A DNA stretch of 45,436 nt from Anaerococcus sp. (GTDB lineage Bacteria; Bacillota; Clostridia; Tissierellales; Peptoniphilaceae), in contig NZ_JALEIL010000107.1 of assembly GCF_022770135.1 (NCBI RefSeq), positions 1 through 45,436 of the forward strand. The letters are read 5' to 3'. Below, piece after piece: positions 27,739 to 39,162 of the stretch. The stretch's first letter is position 1. Each line of letters begins with the position of its first letter. The notes below the pieces were generated by a model. It worked only from the letters and a program-made list of their open reading frames with translations. It had not been told where the DNA came from and made no database searches. The translations under genes were made by a program, and so were the position numbers.

Positions 27739-28971
27739 ATGCCAATGACAATTAAAAGGGCGACCTGGAACAATGGACCTGACCTCGCCTTTGATATAAA
27801 CAACAAGGCAAACGCCGCTATAGAAAAATACGGGAGAGAGGCTGTGATTAATGCAGCTTTGGGAACTCTTTTAGATGATAAGGGAAAAATAATAGCCCTT
27901 CCTTCGGTTTACGATAGGCTTGATGAGATGGATAGAAGTCACATCGCATCCTATGCCCCAATCGAAGGAGAGAAGGACTATAGGAAAATCGTAATCGATA
28001 CTCTCTTCGGTCCCTACAAACCAGAAGGATATATTTCTGCAATAGCAACTCCGGGAGGAACAGGAGCCATTAGGTCTGCCATATTTTCCTATCTAGATGA
28101 GGGAGATCCTTTAATCTGCCACGATTATTATTGGGCTCCTTATAGGAAGATTTGCGAGGAATTTGGCAGAGACTTTAGGACCTTTGAGTTTTTCACAGAT
28201 AATTTTGCCTTCAATATAGACGCCTACAAAAAAGCTATTGATGAAGGGCTAAGGGATTCGGATAGGATAGCTTCTCTTATCAACTCTCCAGGCAATAACC
28301 CAACAGGGTATTCTCTATCAGATGAGGAGTGGGATGAGGTCATCACTTTCCTTAAGGAGAAGGCCCAGGATAAGGATAAGAAAATCACCCTTATAGTAGA
28401 TGTGGCCTATCTTGAATTTGCAGGAGATGGAGATGAGCAGAGGAAGTTTTTTGAGAAGTTTTCTAATCTTCCAGCAAATATCTTCGTAGTAGTGGCATTT
28501 TCTATGAGTAAGTCTCACACAGCCTACGGCCTAAGAAGTGGTGCTGCTGTTGGTATATCTCAAAGAGCGGAAATCATAGAAGAGTTTGAGGCAAGTCTTG
28601 CTCACTCTGCAAGATGTAACTGGTCAAACGGAACCCACGCTGCTCAAAATATCCTAATCGATTTAGAAAAAGATGAAAACAAAAAAATCTACGAGCAGGA
28701 ACTAGTAGACTTAAGGGCTATGCTAAAGAGACGAGCAGACGTTTTTGTGGAAGCTGCGAGTGTAAATAAGCTTACAATGATTCCTTACTTCGGAGGATTT
28801 TTTACCTTTATTCCAACTGATAGGGCCTTCGATATTGTAAAGGACCTAGAAAAAGAAAATATCTTTACCATTCCTTCAGCCAAGGGAATAAGAGTTGCAA
28901 TCTGCGGAGTAGGAGAAGAAAAAATCCCAAAACTTGTCCAAAGACTTGCCTTTTATGTAAATAAAAAATAA
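27739..28971 (+). CDS. PLP-dependent aminotransferase class I/II
   Basis: TPGGTGA, NNPTG, DVAY, SMSKSHTAYGLRSG (PLP lysine). Confidence 0.92.
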   Translation: MPMTIKRATWNNGPDLAFDINNKANAAIEKYGREAVINAALGTLLDDKGKIIALPSVYDRLDEMDRSHIASYAPIEGEKDYRKIVIDTLFGPYKPEGYISAIATPGGTGAIRSAIFSYLDEGDPLICHDYYWAPYRKICEEFGRDFRTFEFFTDNFAFNIDAYKKAIDEGLRDSDRIASLINSPGNNPTGYSLSDEEWDEVITFLKEKAQDKDKKITLIVDVAYLEFAGDGDEQRKFFEKFSNLPANIFVVVAFSMSKSHTAYGLRSGAAVGISQRAEIIEEFEASLAHSARCNWSNGTHAAQNILIDLEKDENKKIYEQELVDLRAMLKRRADVFVEAASVNKLTMIPYFGGFFTFIPTDRAFDIVKDLEKENIFTIPSAKGIRVAICGVGEEKIPKLVQRLAFYVNKK

Positions 28972-29013
28972 AACTTGCAAAAATTTTAGCTCTTAGTATA
29001 TTAATATTGTGAG

Positions 29014-29040
29014 TTAGCACTTAAGACGTGTGAGTGCTAA
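29014..29040 (+). promoter_or_regulatory. CIRCE element (HrcA operator)
   Basis: TTAGCACTT-N9-GAGTGCTAA, one mismatch to consensus, just upstream of groES. Confidence 0.93.
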
Positions 29041-29063
29041 ATGTAAAAATAAAGGAGATTAAA

Positions 29064-29345
29064 ATGATGCTAAAACCAATCGGTGATAGAGTAGTTATAA
29101 AAAAAGCAGAAGCTGAGAAGACAACAGCATCTGGAATTGTTCTTCCAGAAAGCGCTCAAGAAAAACCACAATATGCAGAAATCGTAGCAATATCTGCCGA
29201 TATTGAAAACGACGAGAAGAAAAAGAACTCTCTTAAAGTAGGAGATAAGGTAATCTATTCCCAATACGCTGGAACAGATGTAAAACTTGATGATGAAGAG
29301 TTCATCGTAGTTAAATATAACGATATACTAGCAGTTGTACAATAA
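29064..29345 (+). CDS. groES: Co-chaperonin GroES
   Basis: LKPIGDRVVI, TTASGIVLP, YAGTDVK; AAGGAG RBS before ATG 29064/29067. Confidence 0.96.
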   Translation: MMLKPIGDRVVIKKAEAEKTTASGIVLPESAQEKPQYAEIVAISADIENDEKKKNSLKVGDKVIYSQYAGTDVKLDDEEFIVVKYNDILAVVQ

Positions 29346-29366
29346 TATATACTAGAAATAAACTAG

Positions 29367-31007
<1,641 letters not shown>

Positions 31008-31019
31008 AATAAAACTAGG

Positions 31020-31050
31020 ACAGAAGAGTGTGAAAACTCTTCTGTTTTTT
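31020..31050 (+). terminator. groESL terminator
   Basis: ACAGAAGAGT...ACTCTTCTGT-TTTTT. Confidence 0.8.
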
Positions 31051-31135
31051 AGTATTAACTATAAAAACTAAGTTAAATTTTATCTAACAATTCTTATTCC
31101 TAATATTATAAAATCCTTAAAAAGAAATTATTTTA

Positions 31136-31164
31136 TTGACAATATGGTATATATAACATAAAAT
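31136..31164 (+). promoter_or_regulatory. TA promoter with embedded operator palindrome
   Basis: TTGACA, 17 bp, TAAAAT; TATGGTATATATAACATA (31143-31160) is 16/18 palindromic. Confidence 0.7.
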
Positions 31165-31181
31165 AAAATTAAGGAGATATA

Positions 31182-31544
31182 ATGGATAATTTCGAAGTTT
31201 TATTTTATGAGACTGAAAATGGAAAAACACCAGTAGAAGAATTTTTAAATAGCTTACCAAAGAAGTCTAGGGCTAAGCTCGTGGGTATAATTTCTTTACT
31301 CCAAGATTATGGAAATGAACTTAGAGCGCCCTATAGCAAACATATTGACGATGGGATTTTTGAACTAAGAGGCAAAGTTGGGAGTGATATAACAAGAGTT
31401 CTATATTTTTTCTATTATGATAAGAAAATAATCTTAACTAATGGATTTATAAAAAAGACCCAAAAAACTCCGAAAAATCAAATAGAAAAAGCAAAAATGT
31501 ATAGGAAAAGATTTATTGAGAGGGAACAATATGAAAACATTTGA
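31182..31544 (+). CDS. RelE/ParE-superfamily toxin (HigB/Gp49-like)
   Basis: FYETENGKTPVEEFL, PYSKHIDDGIFELR, RVLYFF, NGFIKKTQKTP. Confidence 0.88.
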   Translation: MDNFEVLFYETENGKTPVEEFLNSLPKKSRAKLVGIISLLQDYGNELRAPYSKHIDDGIFELRGKVGSDITRVLYFFYYDKKIILTNGFIKKTQKTPKNQIEKAKMYRKRFIEREQYENI

Positions 31545-31812
31545 TAAATACTTGGAAGAACAATTAAAAGATGAGGAATTCAAAGAAGAATACAAAAAGA
31601 TAAGTCCAGAGCTTGATATAATTAAGGCTATGCTAGATGCTAGAAAATTACAAAATTTGACTCAAGAAGAATTAGCGAAAAAAACAGGAATAGATCAAGC
31701 TGATATTAGTAAATTGGAAAATGGTACTAGAAATCCTACCATCAATCTACTTAAAAGATTAGCCGAAGGTCTAGGAATGGATTTAAAAATAGAATTTGTT
31801 CCGAAAATATAA
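31531..31812 (+). CDS. XRE-family HTH antitoxin (HigA-like)
   Basis: LTQEELAKKTGIDQADISKLENG-RNPTINLLKRLAEGLG; overlaps the toxin gene end. Confidence 0.88.
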   Translation: MKTFDKYLEEQLKDEEFKEEYKKISPELDIIKAMLDARKLQNLTQEELAKKTGIDQADISKLENGTRNPTINLLKRLAEGLGMDLKIEFVPKI

Positions 31813-31999
31813 TAAAGTTTATTCTTGAGAATTAGATTTTTTCTATCATATAAGTATTAGAAATTTAATATAACAATTATATATTAAGCTATTAGCTACA
31901 TTTAGTAAAATACTTAAGATAAATTTTGCATTAATTGTATTGGTGTAGGGAATCGTATTAATCTAAGCTATAAAGCTATTGATTAAGGGGAAGTATGTA

Positions 32000-32476
32000 A
32001 TGAAGAAAAATAAATTTATTATGATAGATCTTATTATGCTTTTATTAATTTTTGGCATAATTGAATTTTACAAAGAATATATATTTGACACTTTGAAAAA
32101 TAATGGAAATTCAATTTACTTGGTTTTTGCTTTTTCTGCTCTACTTTTAACTGTTTATATTGTTAGGTTTTTTGTTAGACCTCCATATGAGCTTGTGAAA
32201 AAACTATATGGAAGTTCTTGGAAGATTTCGGGATATTATTCAAGAATAGCTCTTAGAAGTGAAAAGAATTATGTAGATTCTTATGATTTTTGGGTGAAGA
32301 TTAATTTAAAGCTACTAATAATTTTTTTTATAATTAATTTTTTTGTTGCATTGTTAAACAAATTCATATTCACTACACCTATGTTTTTAGTTGATTTAAT
32401 AGCTGGATTTTCTTTATCTGTAATAGGATGGATAATTACATGGTTAAGAGAATATAAAAATGATAAGAAAATTTAA
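32000..32476 (+). CDS. Membrane protein, SdpI/YhfL-like (possible immunity protein)
   Basis: About 4 TM; loop SGYYSRIALRSEKNYVDSY resembles the SdpI GYRTxxSxxSxxxW motif (divergent). Confidence 0.55.
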   Translation: MKKNKFIMIDLIMLLLIFGIIEFYKEYIFDTLKNNGNSIYLVFAFSALLLTVYIVRFFVRPPYELVKKLYGSSWKISGYYSRIALRSEKNYVDSYDFWVKINLKLLIIFFIINFFVALLNKFIFTTPMFLVDLIAGFSLSVIGWIITWLREYKNDKKI

Positions 32477-32603
32477 ATCAAACATACTTTAGACAATTAT
32501 ATACATTTATCGTATAAGCCCTTTGTATGTAAACTTAACAATTATTACTGAAGTGATTAATTCGTTATATATTCAATATTATTATTAAAAATATTGTTGA
32601 ATC

Positions 32604-32916
32604 GATAGAGTCCGTATAATTGTGTAAAAAGAAAAGGTCATTTGAAACCAAAACTAGTATAACGTTTTTACCACAAAGACCAACTATAAGGAATAAATGA
32701 CCCGCTTATATTTCAAATTAAACGCAAAAGATATTTAAAATTTAATCAGTACTTAGGTCAAAAAATATATGGTAAAAACTATTCTAATTAAAGTATTTAT
32801 AGAGGTTATGGAAAGGGAAAGAAGAAACATACATAAAATACGAAAATGAAAAGAAATTTCAAAACTATTTAAACACTTTAGATGAAGGATTTGAAGATTT
32901 CTTTGTATATTTAGCT
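32604..32916 (+). mobile_element. Second degenerate IS256-family relic
   Basis: IR GATAGAGTCCGTATAATTGTGTAAAA. ATG 32697 gives MTRLYFKLNAKDI*NLIST*VKK...ILIKVFIEVMERER, followed by YENEKKFQNYLNTLDEGFEDFFVYL, which matches relic 1. Confidence 0.85.
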
Positions 32917-33137
32917 ATAGCCAATATGATACAGAAAAAGTTACAGAGTAAGAATATAACAAACTTAAAGACTTATATATTAAGCTATATGATGGTTGGG
33001 AAAAAATAGATTCAGAAAATACAAAATATAATGGTAAAAAGTGGTATTAGAATAATTTTAAATCATGTAACTATTAAGAAATTTAAATTTATTTTGTTTG
33101 ATGTTATAATGTCTATATGAAAGGAGTAAATAAACTT

Positions 33138-33627
33138 ATGAAAATAAATAAAAAAATATGTTTTATAATTATTCCTCTTTTTATTCTTTTTTGGTTTAAA
33201 TATAAAAAATAAATATGATGAAAAAAATGTAAAGATTCCAAGAGTAGATAACATTAGCAACATAACTCTTATAAATGTTGTTAATGATAAAGGAGTCGAA
33301 AAAATTACTATTTATAAAAAGAAGGATATAAATAGATTTCTACATTTATTAAAAAATTCAAAAAGAACAAATAAAGAAAGTATTTCATCTTTTCCTAATA
33401 AAGATAAATTTATTGTAATTGCTTTTAAAACGTCAGATGGAGGATATATTAAGCATTCAATTTATGAAGAAAATAATCATATTTATTATGAAGAGCCATT
33501 CTATGGGATTTTTGAATTAAATTCTAATAATAAAAATTTAATTGATTTATTAGACATGTTTATAGAAAATTACAATAAAAAAGATATATCAATAGATATG
33601 GAAAACATTGAACAAAATAATTTTTAA
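33138..33627 (+). pseudogene. Frameshifted membrane-anchored protein, DUF5301-like
   Basis: AAGGAG RBS + ATG 33138; frame stops at 33210-33212. The +1 frame stays open to TAA 33627 (SKRTNKESISSFP...YYEEPFYGIFEL). Removing one T from T6 (33187-33192) gives 162 aa. Confidence 0.7.
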
Positions 33628-33632
33628 ATAAT

Positions 33633-33682
33633 AAAAGGTGGTGTTGCAGAATAGATTTACCTATTCTGCAACACCACCTTTT
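33633..33682. terminator. Perfect 22-bp inverted repeat, bidirectional terminator
   Basis: AAAAGGTGGTGTTGCAGAATAG-ATTTAC-CTATTCTGCAACACCACCTTTT between convergent genes. Confidence 0.85.
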
Positions 33683-33703
33683 GCTTACTTAATTTTCCTA
33701 AAT

Positions 33704-34885
33704 CTATTTTCCAAATATCTCTGTGCCTAGTTTAGTTTCTTCGATGTTTGCTCCGTTAAATACTATGTTTTTTACATCGTTTTGGTATTTGATATCTCCC
33801 CAGAGGATGCCGCCTACGTAGGAATCTTCTTTTTTGAAGAGTTTGTAGATTTTGCCGTCTATTTCTTTCTTTTCTTCTGTAATTCCTTCCCCTGAGTTCA
33901 TGCCTGCTGAAAATAGTTTGATATCTCCAAGCATGAGTGTTGAGAATGGTTTTGGTTGTTTGTAAGATTGGCTATCGCCTGTCATGTTGTGGCCTGCGAT
34001 CTTGCCCATCTCTTGGCTTGAAGTCCAGAGTCCTATAGTAAATTGGCCGATTTGTGCACAGTCTCCTGCTGCAAAGATTCCTTCATACTCTGTTTCTAGG
34101 TGGTCGTTTACCATAACTCCTCTGTCAGTTTCAAGTCCTGATTCTTGAGCCATTTTGATGTTTGATCTTATGCCTGCTTGAACCATTATTGCATCTGCAG
34201 GAATTTCTGTTCCATCAGCAAGCTTCACTCCGCAAACTGCCCCGTCTTTTGTGAGGATCTCTTGGGTGTTTTTACCTGTGTAGGTCTTTATTCCCATAGC
34301 ATTTAAGTTTTCTTCAAGCTTTTCTGAAAGCTCACGGTCGAGTTGTCTTGCAAGTAGGTAGTCGAAGCTTTCTATCACTGTGATGTTTAGTCCGAGTTTT
34401 TGGGCAGAGAAAGCAGCTTCTAGTCCTAGGATTCCTCCTCCTATAACTACGACTTCCTTCTTGCCGGCTACATATTCCTTGAAGCTTCTAAGGTCATCAA
34501 CAGTTCTTATGGCGAATACTCCCTTGGAGTCTACGTTTGTGATTGGTGGAACGAAGGCTCTTGCCCCTGTTGCGATAAGGGCCTTGCCAAATTCGATTTC
34601 TTCTCCGTCTGCTAGATATGCGATTCTTTTTTCTGGATCTATCTTTTCTACCTTTATAGAAAGTCTTTCTTCTATGTGTCTTTCGCTATACCATGGTTCG
34701 TTTTTAACGAAAATTTCGGCATCTTCGAAGTCCTTGCAGATTAGCTCAGATAGTCTAGTCCTCCAATAGGTGGATGGTTTTTCTTCTGAAACAATTAGAA
34801 TTGATGCGTCTGAATCCTTTTTTCTTATTTCTTCGGTTGCTGATAGGCCAGCAATTCCGTTTCCTATAATTAGATAATCGTACAT
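33704..34885 (-). CDS. NAD(P)/FAD-dependent oxidoreductase (NADH:rubredoxin reductase / NirB-N-like)
   Basis: IIGNGIAG, IATGA, VIGGGILGLE, FAAGDCA. Confidence 0.88.
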   Translation of the reverse strand: MYDYLIIGNGIAGLSATEEIRKKDSDASILIVSEEKPSTYWRTRLSELICKDFEDAEIFVKNEPWYSERHIEERLSIKVEKIDPEKRIAYLADGEEIEFGKALIATGARAFVPPITNVDSKGVFAIRTVDDLRSFKEYVAGKKEVVVIGGGILGLEAAFSAQKLGLNITVIESFDYLLARQLDRELSEKLEENLNAMGIKTYTGKNTQEILTKDGAVCGVKLADGTEIPADAIMVQAGIRSNIKMAQESGLETDRGVMVNDHLETEYEGIFAAGDCAQIGQFTIGLWTSSQEMGKIAGHNMTGDSQSYKQPKPFSTLMLGDIKLFSAGMNSGEGITEEKKEIDGKIYKLFKKEDSYVGGILWGDIKYQNDVKNIVFNGANIEETKLGTEIFGK

Positions 34886-35002
34886 AATATTCCTTTCCTG
34901 TCTTTATTATTTATATCTATATTATACAGTTTGTTAAATTATCTGACAAACTAAACAAAGTCCTAAATGATAAGGGTATAGTAGAAGGAAAAAGGAGGAG
35001 CT

Positions 35003-35509
35003 ATGATATTTAGAAAAGCAAGCTTAGAAGACATAGAATCGATCGGACATCTTATAGAAATGGCGAGAAAATCTCTTCGTGATGATGGGATTGACCAATG
35101 GCAGAAGACCAATCCCAATGAGGATATTATAAGAGAGCAAATCGAAAAGGACGATGCTTATGTATTTGATAAGGAGGGCAAGGTCCTAGCCTATGCCTAT
35201 GTTTTCGACGGAGTCGACCCTTGCTATAATATTCATGAGGGTAAGTTTAAGTCTGATAGTTACCTAGTAATCCACACCTTGATGGTTGATAATAGGGGAG
35301 TTGTGCCAAAGCTTGGGACGAAGTTTATGGAGGCTTTAGTAGACTTTACAGAAAAGTCTGGCAAAAAAGCTATTAGAATCGACACCCACGAGGATAATTT
35401 TAGGATGAGGGGGCTCCTCCATAAGTTTTCCTTCGAGGAAATTGGCATTGTACAAATTGACGAGGACGGCGTTCCTAAAGATAGGATTTGCTATGAGAAA
35501 GTCCTATGA
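35003..35509 (+). CDS. GNAT family N-acetyltransferase
   Basis: GIDQWQ..P, IRIDTHEDNFRMRGLLHKFSF motif. Confidence 0.85.
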   Translation: MIFRKASLEDIESIGHLIEMARKSLRDDGIDQWQKTNPNEDIIREQIEKDDAYVFDKEGKVLAYAYVFDGVDPCYNIHEGKFKSDSYLVIHTLMVDNRGVVPKLGTKFMEALVDFTEKSGKKAIRIDTHEDNFRMRGLLHKFSFEEIGIVQIDEDGVPKDRICYEKVL

Positions 35510-38061
35510 GAAACCCTGGTCAAGAAGAAATAATTAAAAATGCCAAGCTTCCAGCTGTGGTAATAGCAGGTCCTGGTACAGGCAAGACCCACACTATAGT
35601 AGGCTTTGTGGCAGAAGCCATCAAGGAAGGTAAATTTTCCGCAAACAAAATCCTAATCACGACCTTCACCAAAAAGGCTGCCCGTGAGCTTAATACAAGA
35701 ATTATCACAAGACTTAGAAAAGAAGGTATCGACACAGACCTTGAGGATATGAAGATAGGTAATTTCCACTCCCTTGCCATATCCTTTATCACAAAATACA
35801 GGAGGCTCGATGATAATTTCTTCAATCTTAAGATAATCGACTCCAACATGGAGGAATTTATAGTAGAAGAAAATCTAGAGATTTTCACGAGCCTCCCTCA
35901 CTTTGAGGACTTTATAGTAAAAGATTATGCTACGGCGACCATTCTTGATATCTTCCAAACCCTTATCAATCAAATGATAGACCCCTTATCTCTTAGGGAT
36001 TCAGCTTCTCCTCAAGACAAGCTCGCCTACGAAATATTTACGACCTATGAAAAGCTTCTAGATTCCTTAGGCCTAATTAATTTCCAGCTTATCTTAAAAC
36101 GCTTTTTGGACTTGCTTAAAGACCCTATAATAGGGGAGAAAATAAGAGAAGAGATCGACCTTGTTGTAATTGATGAATACCAGGATACCAACCTAATCCA
36201 GGAAGAAATCGCCATTAATCTTACGAAAAATGGCAATATCATAGTCTTTGGAGATGACGATCAGGCCCTTTATTCCTTTAGGGGAGCGGATGCGAGAAAC
36301 CTAACCCACTTTGACGAGAAATTCTACGCTAGGACTGGCATTAGGGCGAGTAAATATTTTCTAAATATTAATTATAGGTCCAATCAAGTTATAATCGATA
36401 AGGCGAGAGCCTTTATGGGAGAGGTTAAGGGTTCTAGCAAAAAAGACCTTAAGTCGAACAAGGCAGAGGAAAACCCCAATACTATCGTAAGGGCTAGGGC
36501 AGATGAGATGGACAATCTAGTAATGATAGTAAAGCTCTTATCAAAGAAAATAAAACTCGGCCAAATTGCCTTTCTCTTCCCGAGCTTTAACAATTCCTAT
36601 CCTTCAATCCTCCAGAAGAAATTCGAAAGGGCGGGGATAAGGGTAATCAATAGGAAAAGCGACGGCTATTTTAGAAGGGAAGAAATTCGCCTAATAATCT
36701 ATATTCTCCTAAAACTTGCAAAGACTGGACCGATCAATACCGACTTTAGGGGAGGGAAGATGACCTATGGGCAAAGGCAGAAACTTGACTATAGAAACTT
36801 CCTTAAAGAAATCTATGAGGACGATCACTTTAATAGTAACAGGGAAATTAGGGCCTTTATAGAAAAGGCATCAGAATCTTCTCCTATATCAAATATTATT
36901 TACCAGATTATGGGCCTTCAGACCTTTAAGGATATTCTAAATGATAAGGATAAGGAGAGGAAAGATCTAATCTTTAAAAACATCAGCAAATTCATTAATC
37001 TTGCTGTCGAATACGACGAGATTTTCGAGGGAGTTAGTGACTACAATAAGAAGTTCATATTCTCCTATATCTTTATATATTTTAAGAAAAACGCCATAGG
37101 GGAATTTGACGAGGATGATGTTTACGATGATGCCATAAACTTTATGACTATCCACCAATCCAAGGGCTTGGAGTTTGAGGCGGTATTTGTATCTAGTCTT
37201 GGAGATTATCCAAGGAGGGATTATGATAAGTTCACCGATAGGTTTGTTGAAAAGGATAGCCTAGAGAAAAAGGAATTGGATTTCTATAGGAAATACTACA
37301 CAGCCTTTACTAGGTCCAAAAACCTCCTGGTACTTTTGGATAATTCGACAGATAGAAGGATTAAAGACTTCGCAAACTCCCTCGATTCTTCATCCAAGCT
37401 AAGCTCCATAGACTTTAAGATGGAAGAGAGAAAAGATGATAAGAAAATCCTAGCCTTTACTACAGACATCGATGTCTATATGACCTGCCCCCTAAAGTAT
37501 AAATTTGTAAGGAGACTTTCCTTTAAGACTAAAAAGACAGGAAGTCTGATCTTTGGTTCCAAGGTCCACAATCTCGCCCAATATATCTACTCTCCTTCCT
37601 TTGACAAGAAAGATATGACTAGGTTTTTGTGGGAGAATAAGGGCTACATTGAGCCAGTTTCAAACCTATTAAACAGGGGCTTTGATGTGAAGCTAAGCGA
37701 GGCGAACTACAAGGCGGACAGAGATTTCTATATCCTTCAAGGAAATATCGACCTTATCTTAGAAGATTCCTCAATCATGGACCTAAAGACTGGGGCTTTT
37801 GATGAGAAAAGTCTCGCCAAATACAAAAAGCAACTTCTAACCTATAGACAGCTCCTTCTAGCTAATGGCAAGAAAGTTAATAAGCTCTACCTCTATTTTA
37901 TAGAAAAAGATGAGCTAATCGAAGTAAGAGATGAGGGATTTGACATGGCTGCTATAGATGATGTGGCGAGTGAGATTGTAAGAGAAAATTTCGAGCTCAA
38001 GACCGAAGATAGGCAAGTTTGCAAGTTCTGTCCTATGAAGCACTTCTGCGGGAGAGCTTGA
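35506..38061 (+). CDS. UvrD/PcrA-type SF1 helicase fused to a C-terminal PD-(D/E)XK nuclease with Fe-S cysteines
   Basis: AGPGTGKT, TFTKKAA, DEYQD, GDDDQALYSFRGA, NYRS, TIHQSKGLEF, YTAFTRSK; then CPLKY, GNIDLI, DLKTG, QLLTY, CKFCPMKHFC. Confidence 0.9.
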   Translation: MRNPGQEEIIKNAKLPAVVIAGPGTGKTHTIVGFVAEAIKEGKFSANKILITTFTKKAARELNTRIITRLRKEGIDTDLEDMKIGNFHSLAISFITKYRRLDDNFFNLKIIDSNMEEFIVEENLEIFTSLPHFEDFIVKDYATATILDIFQTLINQMIDPLSLRDSASPQDKLAYEIFTTYEKLLDSLGLINFQLILKRFLDLLKDPIIGEKIREEIDLVVIDEYQDTNLIQEEIAINLTKNGNIIVFGDDDQALYSFRGADARNLTHFDEKFYARTGIRASKYFLNINYRSNQVIIDKARAFMGEVKGSSKKDLKSNKAEENPNTIVRARADEMDNLVMIVKLLSKKIKLGQIAFLFPSFNNSYPSILQKKFERAGIRVINRKSDGYFRREEIRLIIYILLKLAKTGPINTDFRGGKMTYGQRQKLDYRNFLKEIYEDDHFNSNREIRAFIEKASESSPISNIIYQIMGLQTFKDILNDKDKERKDLIFKNISKFINLAVEYDEIFEGVSDYNKKFIFSYIFIYFKKNAIGEFDEDDVYDDAINFMTIHQSKGLEFEAVFVSSLGDYPRRDYDKFTDRFVEKDSLEKKELDFYRKYYTAFTRSKNLLVLLDNSTDRRIKDFANSLDSSSKLSSIDFKMEERKDDKKILAFTTDIDVYMTCPLKYKFVRRLSFKTKKTGSLIFGSKVHNLAQYIYSPSFDKKDMTRFLWENKGYIEPVSNLLNRGFDVKLSEANYKADRDFYILQGNIDLILEDSSIMDLKTGAFDEKSLAKYKKQLLTYRQLLLANGKKVNKLYLYFIEKDELIEVRDEGFDMAAIDDVASEIVRENFELKTEDRQVCKFCPMKHFCGRA

Positions 38062-38101
38062 AATCCCTCTACTATGTTATACAATATAGATAGGTGATAA
38101 A

Positions 38102-38428
38102 ATGATTGAATCTCAAATGCTAAAGGGAGTAATAGAAGGCGTTATACTCCATATCATAAAAAACAACGAAACTTATGGCTATGAAATCGTAGAAGAGCTC
38201 AAAAATTCTGGCTTTTACGCTATGACTGAAGGAACGGTCTACCCAATCCTACAGAGACTTTCCAAGAAGGGATTTATTTTTGGAGCCTACAAGAAATCTA
38301 CGATTGGGCCAAAGAGAAAATATTACTATATAAGTCCAAAGGGAAGAGACTATCTCGATAGCTTCTACAAGTCCTTTGACGAGTTAAGTTATGCTACGGG
38401 AAATGTATTAAGTAAGGGGATAAAATGA
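38102..38428 (+). CDS. PadR family regulator
   Basis: SQMLKGVIE, YGYEI, EGTVYPILQRL, GPKRKYY. Confidence 0.9.
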   Translation: MIESQMLKGVIEGVILHIIKNNETYGYEIVEELKNSGFYAMTEGTVYPILQRLSKKGFIFGAYKKSTIGPKRKYYYISPKGRDYLDSFYKSFDELSYATGNVLSKGIK

Positions 38429-39123
38429 GACTAGATAAGATGATAGGAAATTCTGGCCTAGATACCAGAAAAAACATCAAAAAAAATGCAAAGAAGGGAG
38501 CTGTCCTTGTAAATGGCGAAGTAGTAAGGGATACAGCAACCCAAGTCGATCCAGAAGTCGATGAAGTATACTATATGGGTCATTTCGTAGACTATTTCGA
38601 AAATATTTATGTCATGATGAATAAGCCAGCTGGCTTTCTTTCAGCGACAGAAGACAGGGATCCAACTGTAATAGATCTCTTGGATGATTTCTATAAGGTG
38701 ATTGACTTATCTATAGGAGGAAGGCTCGATAAGGATACCACAGGGCTCCTCCTTCTTTCTACAGATGGCAAGTTCATCCACAAGGTAACAAGTCCAAATT
38801 CAAATATAGAAAAGACCTATCTTGTAGAAACGAGAGATAAGATAGATGAAAGCCTCATAGACTTATTCAAAGAAGGAGTCTATATCAAAGAAGATGACTA
38901 CACAGCAAGAAGTGCCAAGCTTGAGATATTAGAAGATAAAAAGGCCGTTGTCAAAGTTACTGAAGGCAAGTTCCATCTTGTAAAAAGACTCTTTTCAAAT
39001 TGCGATAACAAGGTAGAAGAGCTTAAAAGAATTGCCATAGGAGACTTATCCCTAGACGAACACTTGGCAGAAGGCGAGTATAGGGAGTTAAGTGATGATG
39101 AAATATCCATACTTATGGAGTAA
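38425..39123 (+). CDS. RsuA-family pseudouridine synthase
   Basis: MRLDK S4 domain, NKPAG, GRLDKDTTGLLL, EGKFHLVKR. Confidence 0.9.
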   Translation: MRLDKMIGNSGLDTRKNIKKNAKKGAVLVNGEVVRDTATQVDPEVDEVYYMGHFVDYFENIYVMMNKPAGFLSATEDRDPTVIDLLDDFYKVIDLSIGGRLDKDTTGLLLLSTDGKFIHKVTSPNSNIEKTYLVETRDKIDESLIDLFKEGVYIKEDDYTARSAKLEILEDKKAVVKVTEGKFHLVKRLFSNCDNKVEELKRIAIGDLSLDEHLAEGEYRELSDDEISILME

Positions 39124-39162
39124 AATAAGGATAATATAAGTAAGGATTAGACGGAGAAAACT

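Noticed and set aside
33063-33263. 66-aa minus-strand ORF
   Set aside because: It is low-complexity antisense of the frameshifted plus-strand gene, which has the RBS and family-like motifs.
35506-38061. Cas4/Cas3-like CRISPR protein
   Set aside because: The helicase is SF1 (UvrD), not SF2/HD, and no cas1 or array lies nearby. The Cas4 resemblance only reflects the shared RecB-type fold.
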